A stretch of DNA of 16,866 bases from Candidatus Bathyarchaeota archaeon (GCA_963706285.1 CAVPLU010000011.1:1-16866); one strand, 5' to 3'. Shown: positions 8,690 to 16,866, counted from the first letter of the stretch. Notes: generated from the letters alone by a model not told the origin. Numbers and translations are program-made.

Positions 8690-8791
8690 ATGACAAGTTT
8701 ACCCGCTCAAGCAATCGTGAGAGACAATGTTCTCTTGCTCTACCAAACACCCGTGTCCACTCCATCAAGTATAGATTGTCAATCCGCTTGA
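8690..8791 (+). CDS. Possible 33-aa peptide between the two radical SAM genes
   Basis: ATG..TGA encoding MTSLPAQAIVRDNVLLLYQTPVSTPSSIDCQSA, preceded by AAGGAGTAATTCGGAGG. It fills the gap almost exactly. Confidence 0.3.
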   Translation: MTSLPAQAIVRDNVLLLYQTPVSTPSSIDCQSA

Positions 8792-8793
8792 CA
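8777..8793. promoter_or_regulatory. Perfect inverted repeat TGTCAA-N5-TTGACA, candidate operator
   Basis: Directly visible; ends 10 nt before ATG 8804 and follows AAGTATAGA. Confidence 0.35.
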
Positions 8794-8803
8794 GCTGGTT
8801 CAC

Positions 8804-10381
8804 ATGACTACAAAGAGTCCGAAAATATTGTTTATTTCGCTCTCAGGGGATACAGATAACATCGGGATCAAGTATCTACATTCTGCATTGCTCAAAGCCG
8901 GTCATGATTCGGCGATACTCTTCTACACGTCCGAAGAGAACAAATATGACTCGCTCATCGCCGATTTCATTCGAGATAATGGTTACGATGCCGCGTGTAT
9001 CAGTTTAATGAGCATTCATTACCTGAAGGCGGTTGCACTATCCAAATCCATCCGGTCTATTTGCGGTGCGGGTACTGTTATTATCTGGGGTGGTACCCAT
9101 CCTTCAATCGATCCACAGAATTGTCTCCCATTTGCCGACTATGTATGCTATGGTGAAGGCGAAGGCGCTATCGTTAGGTTTTTTGACCATTGGAAGAATA
9201 GTGGGTTTCATGATAAGGTAATAGGGTTCAACACGCAGAATGACAAATCATTAACCGCATGTCCTGTAGTTGAGGACCTGAACAGCCTTGCGTTTCCTGA
9301 GCACTTCCCGTCTAGAGCATATGTTACACATCATTCATCAATCTCTAAGCTGGATGAGGAGCTCTTCAGGAAGTACAGTAGATACAATGGATCCTCAATA
9401 AGCATCATTACCTCCAGGGGCTGTCCCTATGAGTGCACATACTGCTGCAATCATATACTCAAGAAAACATTTGGCTCCAAGATTCGCTTTAGAACTGTAG
9501 AGAATGTACTTGATGAGATCGGACACAATATCGCGAATTCACCGGCCGAGACATTGATGGTGCATGTACGGGACGACAACTTTGCTAGTCACAATACAGA
9601 ATGGATAGCCGCATTCGTTAGCGGATATATGCGGTTTGGTATTCCAGCAGTCATTCAGGCAATCCCAAAATTGCTGACGATGCCCAAGTTAGAATTGCTA
9701 CGCCGGATGCCCGTCATAATCGGTATGGGCTTACAAAGCGGTAGCGATTCTACCAACAAGGAAATATATGGCAGGCAGTTTTCGAAGACTGATTTTCTGC
9801 GTATGGCAGATACCCTGCACAAGTATCACGTGCCAGCGATATATGACGTGATACTTGACAATCCTTACGAGGGACCGGAGCACTGGCGCGAAACAATAGA
9901 CGTCCTAGCACACTTACCGCGAACAGCAATGCTGAACTTTTTCTCCCTAACATTCTACAAGAATACGAAACTGTATGAGAAGGCCAAGGCCGATGGATAT
10001 GCAGTAGATGCTCATCTCACCAAATGTCAGGTAGGAGTCAGAACAGATAGTAAGGAGTATAAGCTGCTAGCCTCTGCCCAGTTCTGGCCTAGCGGCCTGA
10101 TTAATTGGCTGAATAGCGGCGATTCAGCAATCAAGGGTATGACATTGAGCGCAGTACATTTTGTAACTCATGGCTTGTTGAAACCCCTACGCCAATTGCA
10201 GATAGGATTTATGCTCCAGGAGAAATCTCCTTGGAGATTATTCAGGATGATAAGAATATTCGCTGTGCGTCAAATTGTTACTGGGTATCTACATAAGGGA
10301 TATAGAACTGGCACTAAGGATTCTGGACATCTACGCGCATCCAACACTTTTTTCGACTCTCCAAAGCGCGGTGCCGAATAG
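8804..10381 (+). CDS. Cobalamin-binding domain radical SAM protein (class B type)
   Basis: N-terminal B12-binding Rossmann segment (GIKYLHSAL, IWGGTHPS, GEGE), TSRGCPYECTYC, DDNF and MGLQSGS. Confidence 0.92.
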   Translation: MTTKSPKILFISLSGDTDNIGIKYLHSALLKAGHDSAILFYTSEENKYDSLIADFIRDNGYDAACISLMSIHYLKAVALSKSIRSICGAGTVIIWGGTHPSIDPQNCLPFADYVCYGEGEGAIVRFFDHWKNSGFHDKVIGFNTQNDKSLTACPVVEDLNSLAFPEHFPSRAYVTHHSSISKLDEELFRKYSRYNGSSISIITSRGCPYECTYCCNHILKKTFGSKIRFRTVENVLDEIGHNIANSPAETLMVHVRDDNFASHNTEWIAAFVSGYMRFGIPAVIQAIPKLLTMPKLELLRRMPVIIGMGLQSGSDSTNKEIYGRQFSKTDFLRMADTLHKYHVPAIYDVILDNPYEGPEHWRETIDVLAHLPRTAMLNFFSLTFYKNTKLYEKAKADGYAVDAHLTKCQVGVRTDSKEYKLLASAQFWPSGLINWLNSGDSAIKGMTLSAVHFVTHGLLKPLRQLQIGFMLQEKSPWRLFRMIRIFAVRQIVTGYLHKGYRTGTKDSGHLRASNTFFDSPKRGAE

Positions 10382-11001
10382 ATACCTTCGACCAGTCAAC
10401 GAGTCCTCATCGATCTCCATGAGAACGGCGAGCGTCGCGGGCCTCGCCCGAAATGCAGCTGGGCTAAATTCAGAAGCGTGAAAGGATGAGCGTCCGCACT
10501 CAGGGCAATTTCCCGTTTCTTGTACTGGAGCAATGCGGCTGGAAGCAAGAGCATCAAGATAACGAGGATCCAATAGTTCGATAGAGACTGAGAGCATTTT
10601 CACTCCAAGATCTCTCCCTCACATGTTGTCCCCAGACTAACGTTGCGCTTCCGCTCTGCGTCGGACCTGACCTGACCGAAACACCCTCAACCCGGCTCGG
10701 TTCTGGATGGCAAAACTTCTTGAGATCCTCATGCTCAACGTTGAGGCCGATGCAAACAACTAACAACTGTAGATGATTGACGATCAAGGAGAAGGGTGAT
10801 GTCAGGGCTTTTCCTCGCAGCGAGGCACGTTAGCAAGAAGGTTCGCTATGGACAACTTCGTTTCAGAATATCCCACAATCCTTTTTGATCAAGAGTTGTC
10901 CCTCTCCAACGGAGCAGAATGTCGAGGTCAAGCGGTAGTTCAAAGGGAAGATCTGGCACCTCTAGGTCTGGTTCTAATCAGATTTGCAGGAGTTTGATCG
11001 T

Positions 11002-11631
11002 ATGAGCATTCTATCTCAAGCTATTGAAGCTGCTAGGAGAATGAGGATAGTGCTGATTTTCGTTGCTCTGCTTTACGTTGGATCCTATCTCGCTGGTTGG
11101 TATTTGATCAGCATCAAGTCGCAGGTAGCGCTTGATTTGGCTCAGCTTGTGTCAGGAGCCGTTCTAACGGAGTCACCATTCACGACCATACTTCAGTCGT
11201 TAAGTTCAGGAGATCTCGTTCAGGCGATTCTGGTCACTTTCCTGCTGAATTTGTCGACTGGAGCGTTCTTCTCGACGACGCTTCCAGGGATTTTACCTTT
11301 GGTAGGAGCATTCGGTACTGTTGCGATTACGTTGTTTAGGGGTTTCATCATAGGAGTGACCTATCCGGCGGTCCTTGCTTCGTCGGGAGCTGGATTTGTT
11401 CTTGGAATGGGGACAATGGTTTTGGAGTTGGGCGCATATGTTTTCTCAGGTGCAGCTGGAATCAGCAGTGCTTTGGCTCCAATCTTGCCGAAAAGATATG
11501 GCACAGCAAGCAGATGGGTCGCCTTCAAGATGGCGTGGAAGGACGCTGCCAGAATCTACGTGATCGTGATCATACTATTGGCTCTGGGTGCAATATGGGA
11601 GATGGCTGGCCTCTTTCTGGTTCTCCGCTAA
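11002..11631 (+). CDS. SpoIIM-like (DUF95) membrane protein
   Basis: Multi-TM protein with FLLNL, GFIIG, VLELGAYVFSGAAG and terminal LLALGAIWE, matching the SpoIIM pattern. ATG 11002 follows AGGAG. Confidence 0.75.
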   Translation: MSILSQAIEAARRMRIVLIFVALLYVGSYLAGWYLISIKSQVALDLAQLVSGAVLTESPFTTILQSLSSGDLVQAILVTFLLNLSTGAFFSTTLPGILPLVGAFGTVAITLFRGFIIGVTYPAVLASSGAGFVLGMGTMVLELGAYVFSGAAGISSALAPILPKRYGTASRWVAFKMAWKDAARIYVIVIILLALGAIWEMAGLFLVLR

Positions 11632-11696
11632 AGGTAGATATTCACCTCACTAACTGAAAATTCTATTTGACTACATGTAAGATGAGGGTCATTCGT

Positions 11697-12479
11697 GTGC
11701 AAAACATCAATGCGTTATACTTTCTCCAGCCAATCGTTACTTTGGCGTTTAGTGCAGGTCTAGTCATCTATTGGAATCGCAAACGAACTTTCACCAGAGC
11801 TACCCTTGTGCTGTCTCTGCTGGCATATGCGGGAGCGATAGCGGCGAAGATCGTGCTCCAGAACTTCACGTATGTTGCATATCTATCGAGCTTTAGTCAT
11901 AGTTCTGTGGCGCTTGGAGCTTACTTCGGAATTCAAACAGTCATCTTTGAAGTTGGCGGAGCATACTTGGTAGCGGCATTGGCGTTTTCTCGAAACAAGC
12001 TGAACGTCAAAGATGCCGAGGGATACGGTCTCGGACTCGCGTTCTGGGAAAACGCGGGCTACTTGGGAGTTCTAAGCTTAGTCAACCTGCTATCAGTCTA
12101 TCTGACGTTGGCGTCCAGCGGCCTAGCTGCGCAAGAACTCTATTCAACTCTAATGAAGCTTCGACCCGATCTCTTCTATCCCGCAGCGCAAGTCTTGCCC
12201 TTGCTAGGCTACGGCTTACTGGAACGGGTGACTTCGCTGCTGTTCCATTTCTCCTGGGGATACCTTTGCCTTCTAGCAGTCTGCTTACACAATAGGCGAT
12301 ATCTTCTGCTTGCCTTACCGATGGGCTTGCTGGATTTCTTGGTGCCTTTTGCCGGTAGTCTGGGACTTTTCGTATTCGAATTGTTGATCTTTGTGCTGGG
12401 ATTAGTCGCTCTTGGATTGACGTGGTTTGTGACGAAGGACTCACGCCAGAAACTTGGCGCGACAAATCATGCCATTTAG
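11697..12479 (+). CDS. YhfC/PrsW-like glutamic-type intramembrane protease family protein
   Basis: YGLGLAFWEN and LERVTSLLFHFSWG motifs; motif 1 is degenerate (FEVGGAY). GTG 11697 follows GAGGG (ORF-track start 11667). Confidence 0.78.
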   Translation: MQNINALYFLQPIVTLAFSAGLVIYWNRKRTFTRATLVLSLLAYAGAIAAKIVLQNFTYVAYLSSFSHSSVALGAYFGIQTVIFEVGGAYLVAALAFSRNKLNVKDAEGYGLGLAFWENAGYLGVLSLVNLLSVYLTLASSGLAAQELYSTLMKLRPDLFYPAAQVLPLLGYGLLERVTSLLFHFSWGYLCLLAVCLHNRRYLLLALPMGLLDFLVPFAGSLGLFVFELLIFVLGLVALGLTWFVTKDSRQKLGATNHAI

Positions 12480-12653
12480 GACTGGTTGGGATACGTTTCT
12501 TGCTCAGCCCCAATCTCCGTCTAGTGCACATGCGTTGCCATCGAGAATGTCGGGTTCGAGAGTCTGGGTAGGCGTCGCCACCTAGATCTCCGGCAGAAAC
12601 ATTCATACTCGTTCATTGGAGTCTGAGGCCCGTTGGGCTAAGTGAGGACACAG

Positions 12654-13588
12654 ATGGTCAGTTTTCTCGGCACTGACGTTACCCTCTGGGTAGTCTTCAA
12701 TGTGATCATAGCGCTGATCTAGCGTTCGATCTCGGCGTCCTAAGCCGGAAACCGCATGTAATATCCACTAAAGAGGCCGCCGCATGGAGCGCGGTTTGGA
12801 TCGCTGTCAGCTTGACGTTCAATCTGCTTGTGTCCGTATGGCTTGGTGGGGAAAAGGCTCTAGAGTTCTTCACGGGATACTTGATTGAGAAATCACTCAG
12901 CGTCGACAACATGTTCGTTTTCGCCATGATCTTCTCCTACTTCAATATCCCCGCCATCTGGCAACCGAAAGTCTTGAAGTGGGGAATCTTTGGCGCCTTG
13001 CTGATGCGGATCATCCTCATTTTTGCTGGGGCCACTGCGTTGGAGGCATTTCATTGGATGATCTATGTTTTCGGTGGAGTGCTGATATTCACCGGAGTGA
13101 GGATGATGACTCAGAAGGAAACACATGTCGCGCCGGAGAAAAATCCTGTCGTGAGGCTTTTCAAGAGAATCGTGCCGATGACAGGAGAGCTACATAACGA
13201 GAATTTCTTTGTGAAACTAGGTGGCATAACGTACGCAACCCCGCTGCTGATCGCACTCCTGGTTGTGGAAACGACGGATCTTGTATTCGCGATAGATTCG
13301 ATACCCGCGATCTTTGCAGTAACGACCGACGTCTTCATAGTCTACACTTCAAACATATTCGCAATATTGGGCTTAAGAGCACTCTATTTCCTTCTGTCAG
13401 GTAGCATCGAACGCTTCAGGTACCTGAAGATTGGACTTGCGATTGTTCTGCTGTTCGTAGGCACTAAGATGGTGTTGGCGGATTTCTATGAGATTCCGAT
13501 CGTGCTTTCTTTGGCCATCGTGCTAGGAATCTTGGCAGCCTCCATCTTGGCCTCGTGGGCACCGAAGAGACAAGAAATTAGCATATGA
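12654..13588 (+). CDS. terC: TerC/Alx family metal (probably Mn2+) efflux membrane protein; one frameshift near 12719
   Basis: FFTGYLIEKSLSVDNMFVF, ETTDLVFAIDSIPAIFAVT and VYTSNIFAILGLRALYF. The N-terminus MVSFLGTDVTLWVVFNVIIALI (ATG 12654, after GAGGA) joins LAFDLGVLSRK if one base is restored at ATC/CTA. Confidence 0.92.
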
Positions 13589-14012
13589 CCAATTCGAGCA
13601 TGAATCGACCAACCAGGGATCCAAGAAAAGTGAATAGCGTGAGCACGAAGCACCGGATTTGCATGGGCGCCAATAGACTTGCGTGGGCACACCGCGCAAT
13701 GAAAAGATCGCGAAAGATATCGCGAAGATGGCGAGGATCAGAGCGTTCATCCAATCGGCTGTTGGGATGATGTTTCACGCGAGGCTGCGAAGCTCGACTC
13801 GATGTCTTGAAGCTATTCTAGATTCTTGCTGTATTTTCTTGTACAAATGCAACAAGATCATCGCAGTTCCAGCGCTTGTTCAAGGAAATCAATTCCTTTT
13901 CACATCGTTCTGATGCAACCAGCCTAATGTCCTGGCAAAGGGATTGTTTGGGTAGGCAGACCGATAGTGAAGAGGAGTCTGCCGAAGAAATCGATTTGGA
14001 AGGTGGAAACAA

Positions 14013-14387
14013 ATGCAGCAGAGCGAGTTAAGCAGAGAAGAGGAAACGGTACTCATTTACCATGGAACAGAACCTCCTTTCAGCGGCAAGTACAACGATT
14101 TCTGGGAAAAAGGCACATACATCTGCAAACGCTGCAACGCAGTGCTGTACCGCTCAGATGCCAAATTCAATGCTGGCTGCGGATGGCCTAGCTTCGACGA
14201 TGAGATCCCCGGCGCCGTAAAGAGAACACCAGATCTTGACGGAGTTCGCACAGAAATATCCTGTGCCAGCTGTGGCGCACATTTGGGGCACGTCTTCCTT
14301 AGAGAAGGCTTCACCAAGAAGAGCGTTCGGCACTGTGTGAATTCGATGTCTCTTCTCTTTGTTCCGGCGGACAAACGTCGTGCCTAA
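14013..14387 (+). CDS. msrB: Methionine-R-sulfoxide reductase B
   Basis: GTEPPFSG, Zn ligands CKRC and CASC, GCGWPSF, HLGHVF and catalytic RHCVNS (Cys codon TGT). Confidence 0.96.
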   Translation: MQQSELSREEETVLIYHGTEPPFSGKYNDFWEKGTYICKRCNAVLYRSDAKFNAGCGWPSFDDEIPGAVKRTPDLDGVRTEISCASCGAHLGHVFLREGFTKKSVRHCVNSMSLLFVPADKRRA

Positions 14388-14421
14388 AGTGCTTGAATTT
14401 GGGCTCTCATTTGTGCTAGGC

Positions 14422-14428
14422 TTTTTTT
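14422..14428 (+). terminator. Putative archaeal oligo-T terminator after msrB
   Basis: T7 run 35 nt after the msrB stop, between convergent genes. Confidence 0.5.
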
Positions 14429-14500
14429 GAATGTCTAGCTCGAAGAGCGAACACTGGCATGGCTGAGAATACTAGATTCTTGACATGTTCGAGCAAGTGA

Positions 14501-14710
14501 CTATGCAATCATTGGATCAGCAACTTGTTTTCTGCGTTTCCGCTTCACTGAATCAACAATCGCCAAAAACTCAGCTTCGGTGAGCAGTTCAACGCCTTTA
14601 TCGCAGTATCGTCCTGTCCTTCGCTCGATCTCATGATCTATCTCTTCTCGTTGTTCGTGAGTCGTATCGATCCCTAGCTTTCGCAGCCACTCCTTCACCT
14701 TGATGCTCAT
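14501..14710 (-). CDS. Small hypothetical charged helical protein (69 aa)
   Basis: GAGGTG RBS 6 nt before ATG 14710, 14 nt after the helicase stop. Protein-like amphipathic sequence. Confidence 0.75.
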   Translation of the reverse strand: MSIKVKEWLRKLGIDTTHEQREEIDHEIERRTGRYCDKGVELLTEAEFLAIVDSVKRKRRKQVADPMIA

Positions 14711-14724
14711 TCTCGCCACCTCAA

Positions 14725-16278
14725 TTATGGTTCGACATAGTCGAGCAGGGTTCTTCTGGTTCTTCTAGGTTTGAGTTTCCTGCTCTTCACGGTCTCCAAG
14801 AGGTGCCGCATTCGTTCTTCTTTGCGTCTGCTACTGTAATAATACGCCTCGTCGATTGTATCTTCAGCCATGAGCACCGTTACCTTTCCCACGTTCGTCC
14901 TGCCAGTTCTTCCTCGTCGTTGTATGGATCGTATCTCTGACGGCACAGCTTCATAGAAGATCACATGGTCCACATCGGGCACATGGAGGCCTTCTTCACC
15001 AATGCTGGTCGTTACGAGGACATTGTAGCGCCCTAAACGGAAGTCTTCCAGTATCCGCATCTGTTCGCTCTGTTTCAACCCCTCATCCTCAGCGATCCGT
15101 GTGGCTTGACCCACGAAACGAACAGGCATGACACTGTGGATGTGATTGAGGTTCGCAACAATGGTTTCGACTGTGTCTCTGAACTGCGTAAATATGATTA
15201 GCTTCGAATCGGCGTTTACTTCCAATTGCTCAGCGACTATCTCTCGAAGTCGCGCCTGTTTCGGATGCTCGACTTCCCCAAGAGATTCGCAGCGTTGCAG
15301 TGCGTCGATGATTCGTGGGTCCTTGGCTAGGGCACGGGTGGATCTGTTCTTGCTCTCCCCAAGCCGCAAGAGGTATTTTCTCAAGCTTGAGATTCCCTGT
15401 GTTTCAACTAGCTCAATCGCATGCTGTATTGAGATCGCTTGTGATTGGAGGAGTATCGCTGCGAAAAGGTAGCCTGCTCTACGGCTGGCGAGTCGTCGAC
15501 GCAATGTTTCGCCCAGTTCGAGCAGCATTCGTTTCGTGATGTTCACATCGCGTGGCAGCAGATGCATGGCTCGTAGTTTACCGATCTTCTCGTCCAGGGC
15601 GCTGTGGAGGATCCGGCTTACCTCTTTGTAGCTGGCGGGTAGTGCGCTTCTGTCCCACCTTAGTAAGACCGGTTTGACATATCCTGCCACGTCATCGTCA
15701 GTCTCACTGCGAGCTTCAACATTCTTGATCGCGAGTTTCTCACAGATCTCGAGTATTCTTTCTCGGCGGGCGCTAGGGGAGGCCGTCAACCCTAAGATTA
15801 GAGGGTTTGATGATTCACGTTTGTAAGCCTCGGCGACCTCGGAGTAGGCGTACTCTTTCACGCATCGATGCGCCTCATCGAATACGATCAGACACACATC
15901 AGTCAGGGTGTAGCGACTCTCGAAGACGTCGTTACGTATCACTTCAGGAGTAGCAAACACGAGCCTTGACTCATGGAAGCTTGAACTTCTCAACTCGGGT
16001 GAGATTTCTCCCGTCAATGTCGCCGAACTGATGCCATCGCCTGCGAGATGCTCCTTGAAAAAACGAGCATGCTGCAACACAAGAGGTCTCGTAGGAGCCA
16101 TAACCACAACCTTGCCAGTAGCAAACATTGAGAGCCGCTCAGCAGCAACGAGCAGCGCAACAATCGTCTTCCCAAGTCCCGTGGGAAGGACAACGAGTGT
16201 ATTCGATTGAAGGGCAGACTTGGCTATTGTGCTCTGGTACTCACGGGCCTCAATTCCAAAAGGATGAGGCATGATCAC
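14725..16278 (-). CDS. hef: Hef/FANCM/Mph1-family SF2 helicase without the ERCC4 nuclease domain
   Basis: EAREYQ, LPTGLGKT, FDEAHR, LTASP, RFVGQA, IGEEGL, YEAVPSEIRSIQRRGRTGR. Ends at about 515 aa with TLLDY. Start is GTG 16278 or ATG 16272. Confidence 0.93.
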   Translation of the reverse strand: MIMPHPFGIEAREYQSTIAKSALQSNTLVVLPTGLGKTIVALLVAAERLSMFATGKVVVMAPTRPLVLQHARFFKEHLAGDGISSATLTGEISPELRSSSFHESRLVFATPEVIRNDVFESRYTLTDVCLIVFDEAHRCVKEYAYSEVAEAYKRESSNPLILGLTASPSARRERILEICEKLAIKNVEARSETDDDVAGYVKPVLLRWDRSALPASYKEVSRILHSALDEKIGKLRAMHLLPRDVNITKRMLLELGETLRRRLASRRAGYLFAAILLQSQAISIQHAIELVETQGISSLRKYLLRLGESKNRSTRALAKDPRIIDALQRCESLGEVEHPKQARLREIVAEQLEVNADSKLIIFTQFRDTVETIVANLNHIHSVMPVRFVGQATRIAEDEGLKQSEQMRILEDFRLGRYNVLVTTSIGEEGLHVPDVDHVIFYEAVPSEIRSIQRRGRTGRTNVGKVTVLMAEDTIDEAYYYSSRRKEERMRHLLETVKSRKLKPRRTRRTLLDYVEP

Positions 16279-16331
16279 TCACTGGATGTTCGAAGCGTAC
16301 ACGGGCAAGAGGCAGTGGGTCTGTGAGCTAG

Positions 16332-16625
16332 TCAAGGAGTCTTGAGGAACTGCTGTTTCAGTCGTTCAACTTTGGTCGCGATGTCCTTGAAATCAAATCG
16401 GCCTACGCTGAAGCGTGCGAGGTCAACCTTCCACGCTTCCTCTCCAGATTGCGCATTCTTTCGGAGTTGCCAACGGTAGAATCGAATATCCCGCGCACCT
16501 TGCCCTGTCTCCACCGCTACAACAGCCATGATCAAGCTGCTGGAACGGTAGATGTCGAATCCTCCTAGCTGCTTAAGGAAACCACCTTCACGGATGGGGT
16601 AATCTCTTCTGGGGTCCTCGCTCAT
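16332..16625 (-). CDS. Hypothetical protein, possibly PC4-like ssDNA-binding fold
   Basis: GGAGG RBS 9 nt before ATG. Beta-rich AVVAVE..RDIRFYRWQ..WKV segment followed by a C-terminal helix. Confidence 0.7.
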   Translation of the reverse strand: MSEDPRRDYPIREGGFLKQLGGFDIYRSSSLIMAVVAVETGQGARDIRFYRWQLRKNAQSGEEAWKVDLARFSVGRFDFKDIATKVERLKQQFLKTP

Positions 16626-16718
16626 CTAGTCGCGCCTCCACGCGTATCCCATCTCTTTCTCATACATTACAACTCCTACGATTCCTGACAAAGCCATTCT
16701 CCTAGCCCACATATTCTG

Positions 16719-16866
16719 TCAACGGAGATCCGTCACCGCTTTTTGAGCCAAAGCTATCGCGCCCAAGACTCCAGACCGATCGCCTAACTCTGCCGGCACG
16801 ATATACTGGTCAATTTGTTCCAGAATTGTCGGCACTTGGAGGTACCCGTTCAGTAGTTGCAGAACA
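16719..16866 (-). CDS. ROK family sugar kinase (fructokinase-like), C-terminal fragment
   Basis: Manual translation [48 protein letters not shown], matching the LNGY..YIV.P.LG..G..GA tail of ROK fructokinases. Confidence 0.85.
   Translation of the reverse strand, partial: VLQLLNGYLQVPTILEQIDQYIVPAELGDRSGVLGAIALAQKAVTDLR

Noticed and set aside
10331-10603. 90-aa ORF with CPECG as a zinc-ribbon protein
   Set aside because: Only one CxxC, overlaps the B12-rSAM 3' end, and has no other support.
14013-14500. Selenoprotein MsrB or SECIS element
   Set aside because: The catalytic residue is a TGT Cys and there is no in-frame TGA.
1-16866. tRNA, rRNA, CRISPR array, transposase or integrase
   Set aside because: No cloverleaf, repeat-spacer pattern or recombinase motif found by eye; not confirmed computationally.

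Overview
Archaeal genomic DNA, most likely TACK-group and Bathyarchaeia-like. This is inferred from an archaeal-type GlyA, a Sulfolobus-type Zn-ferredoxin, a nuclease-less Hef helicase, PCNA-binding tails and frequent GTG/TTG starts. The backbone carries housekeeping genes: EamA transporter, zfx, glyA, a SAM-methyltransferase-fold protein, ECF S component, HIT, a wHTH regulator, DinB, SpoIIM-like and YhfC-like membrane proteins, TerC/Alx, msrB, Hef with two small flanking ORFs, and a ROK kinase. Between about 6.95 and 10.95 kb lies an apparently acquired mosaic: a decayed TorD/DmsD chaperone, an intact COG2108-type radical SAM enzyme, a 33-codon ORF and an AT-richer cobalamin-dependent radical SAM enzyme. 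The best leads are a TPP-riboswitch-shaped RNA with altered core residues (1549-1660), the rSAM/peptide/B12-rSAM cassette and a possible split SahR-like sensor/ArsR pair beside glyA. glyA and terC each have a single-base frameshift, probably from sequencing or assembly error. All family calls come from motif recognition by eye; no searches were run.
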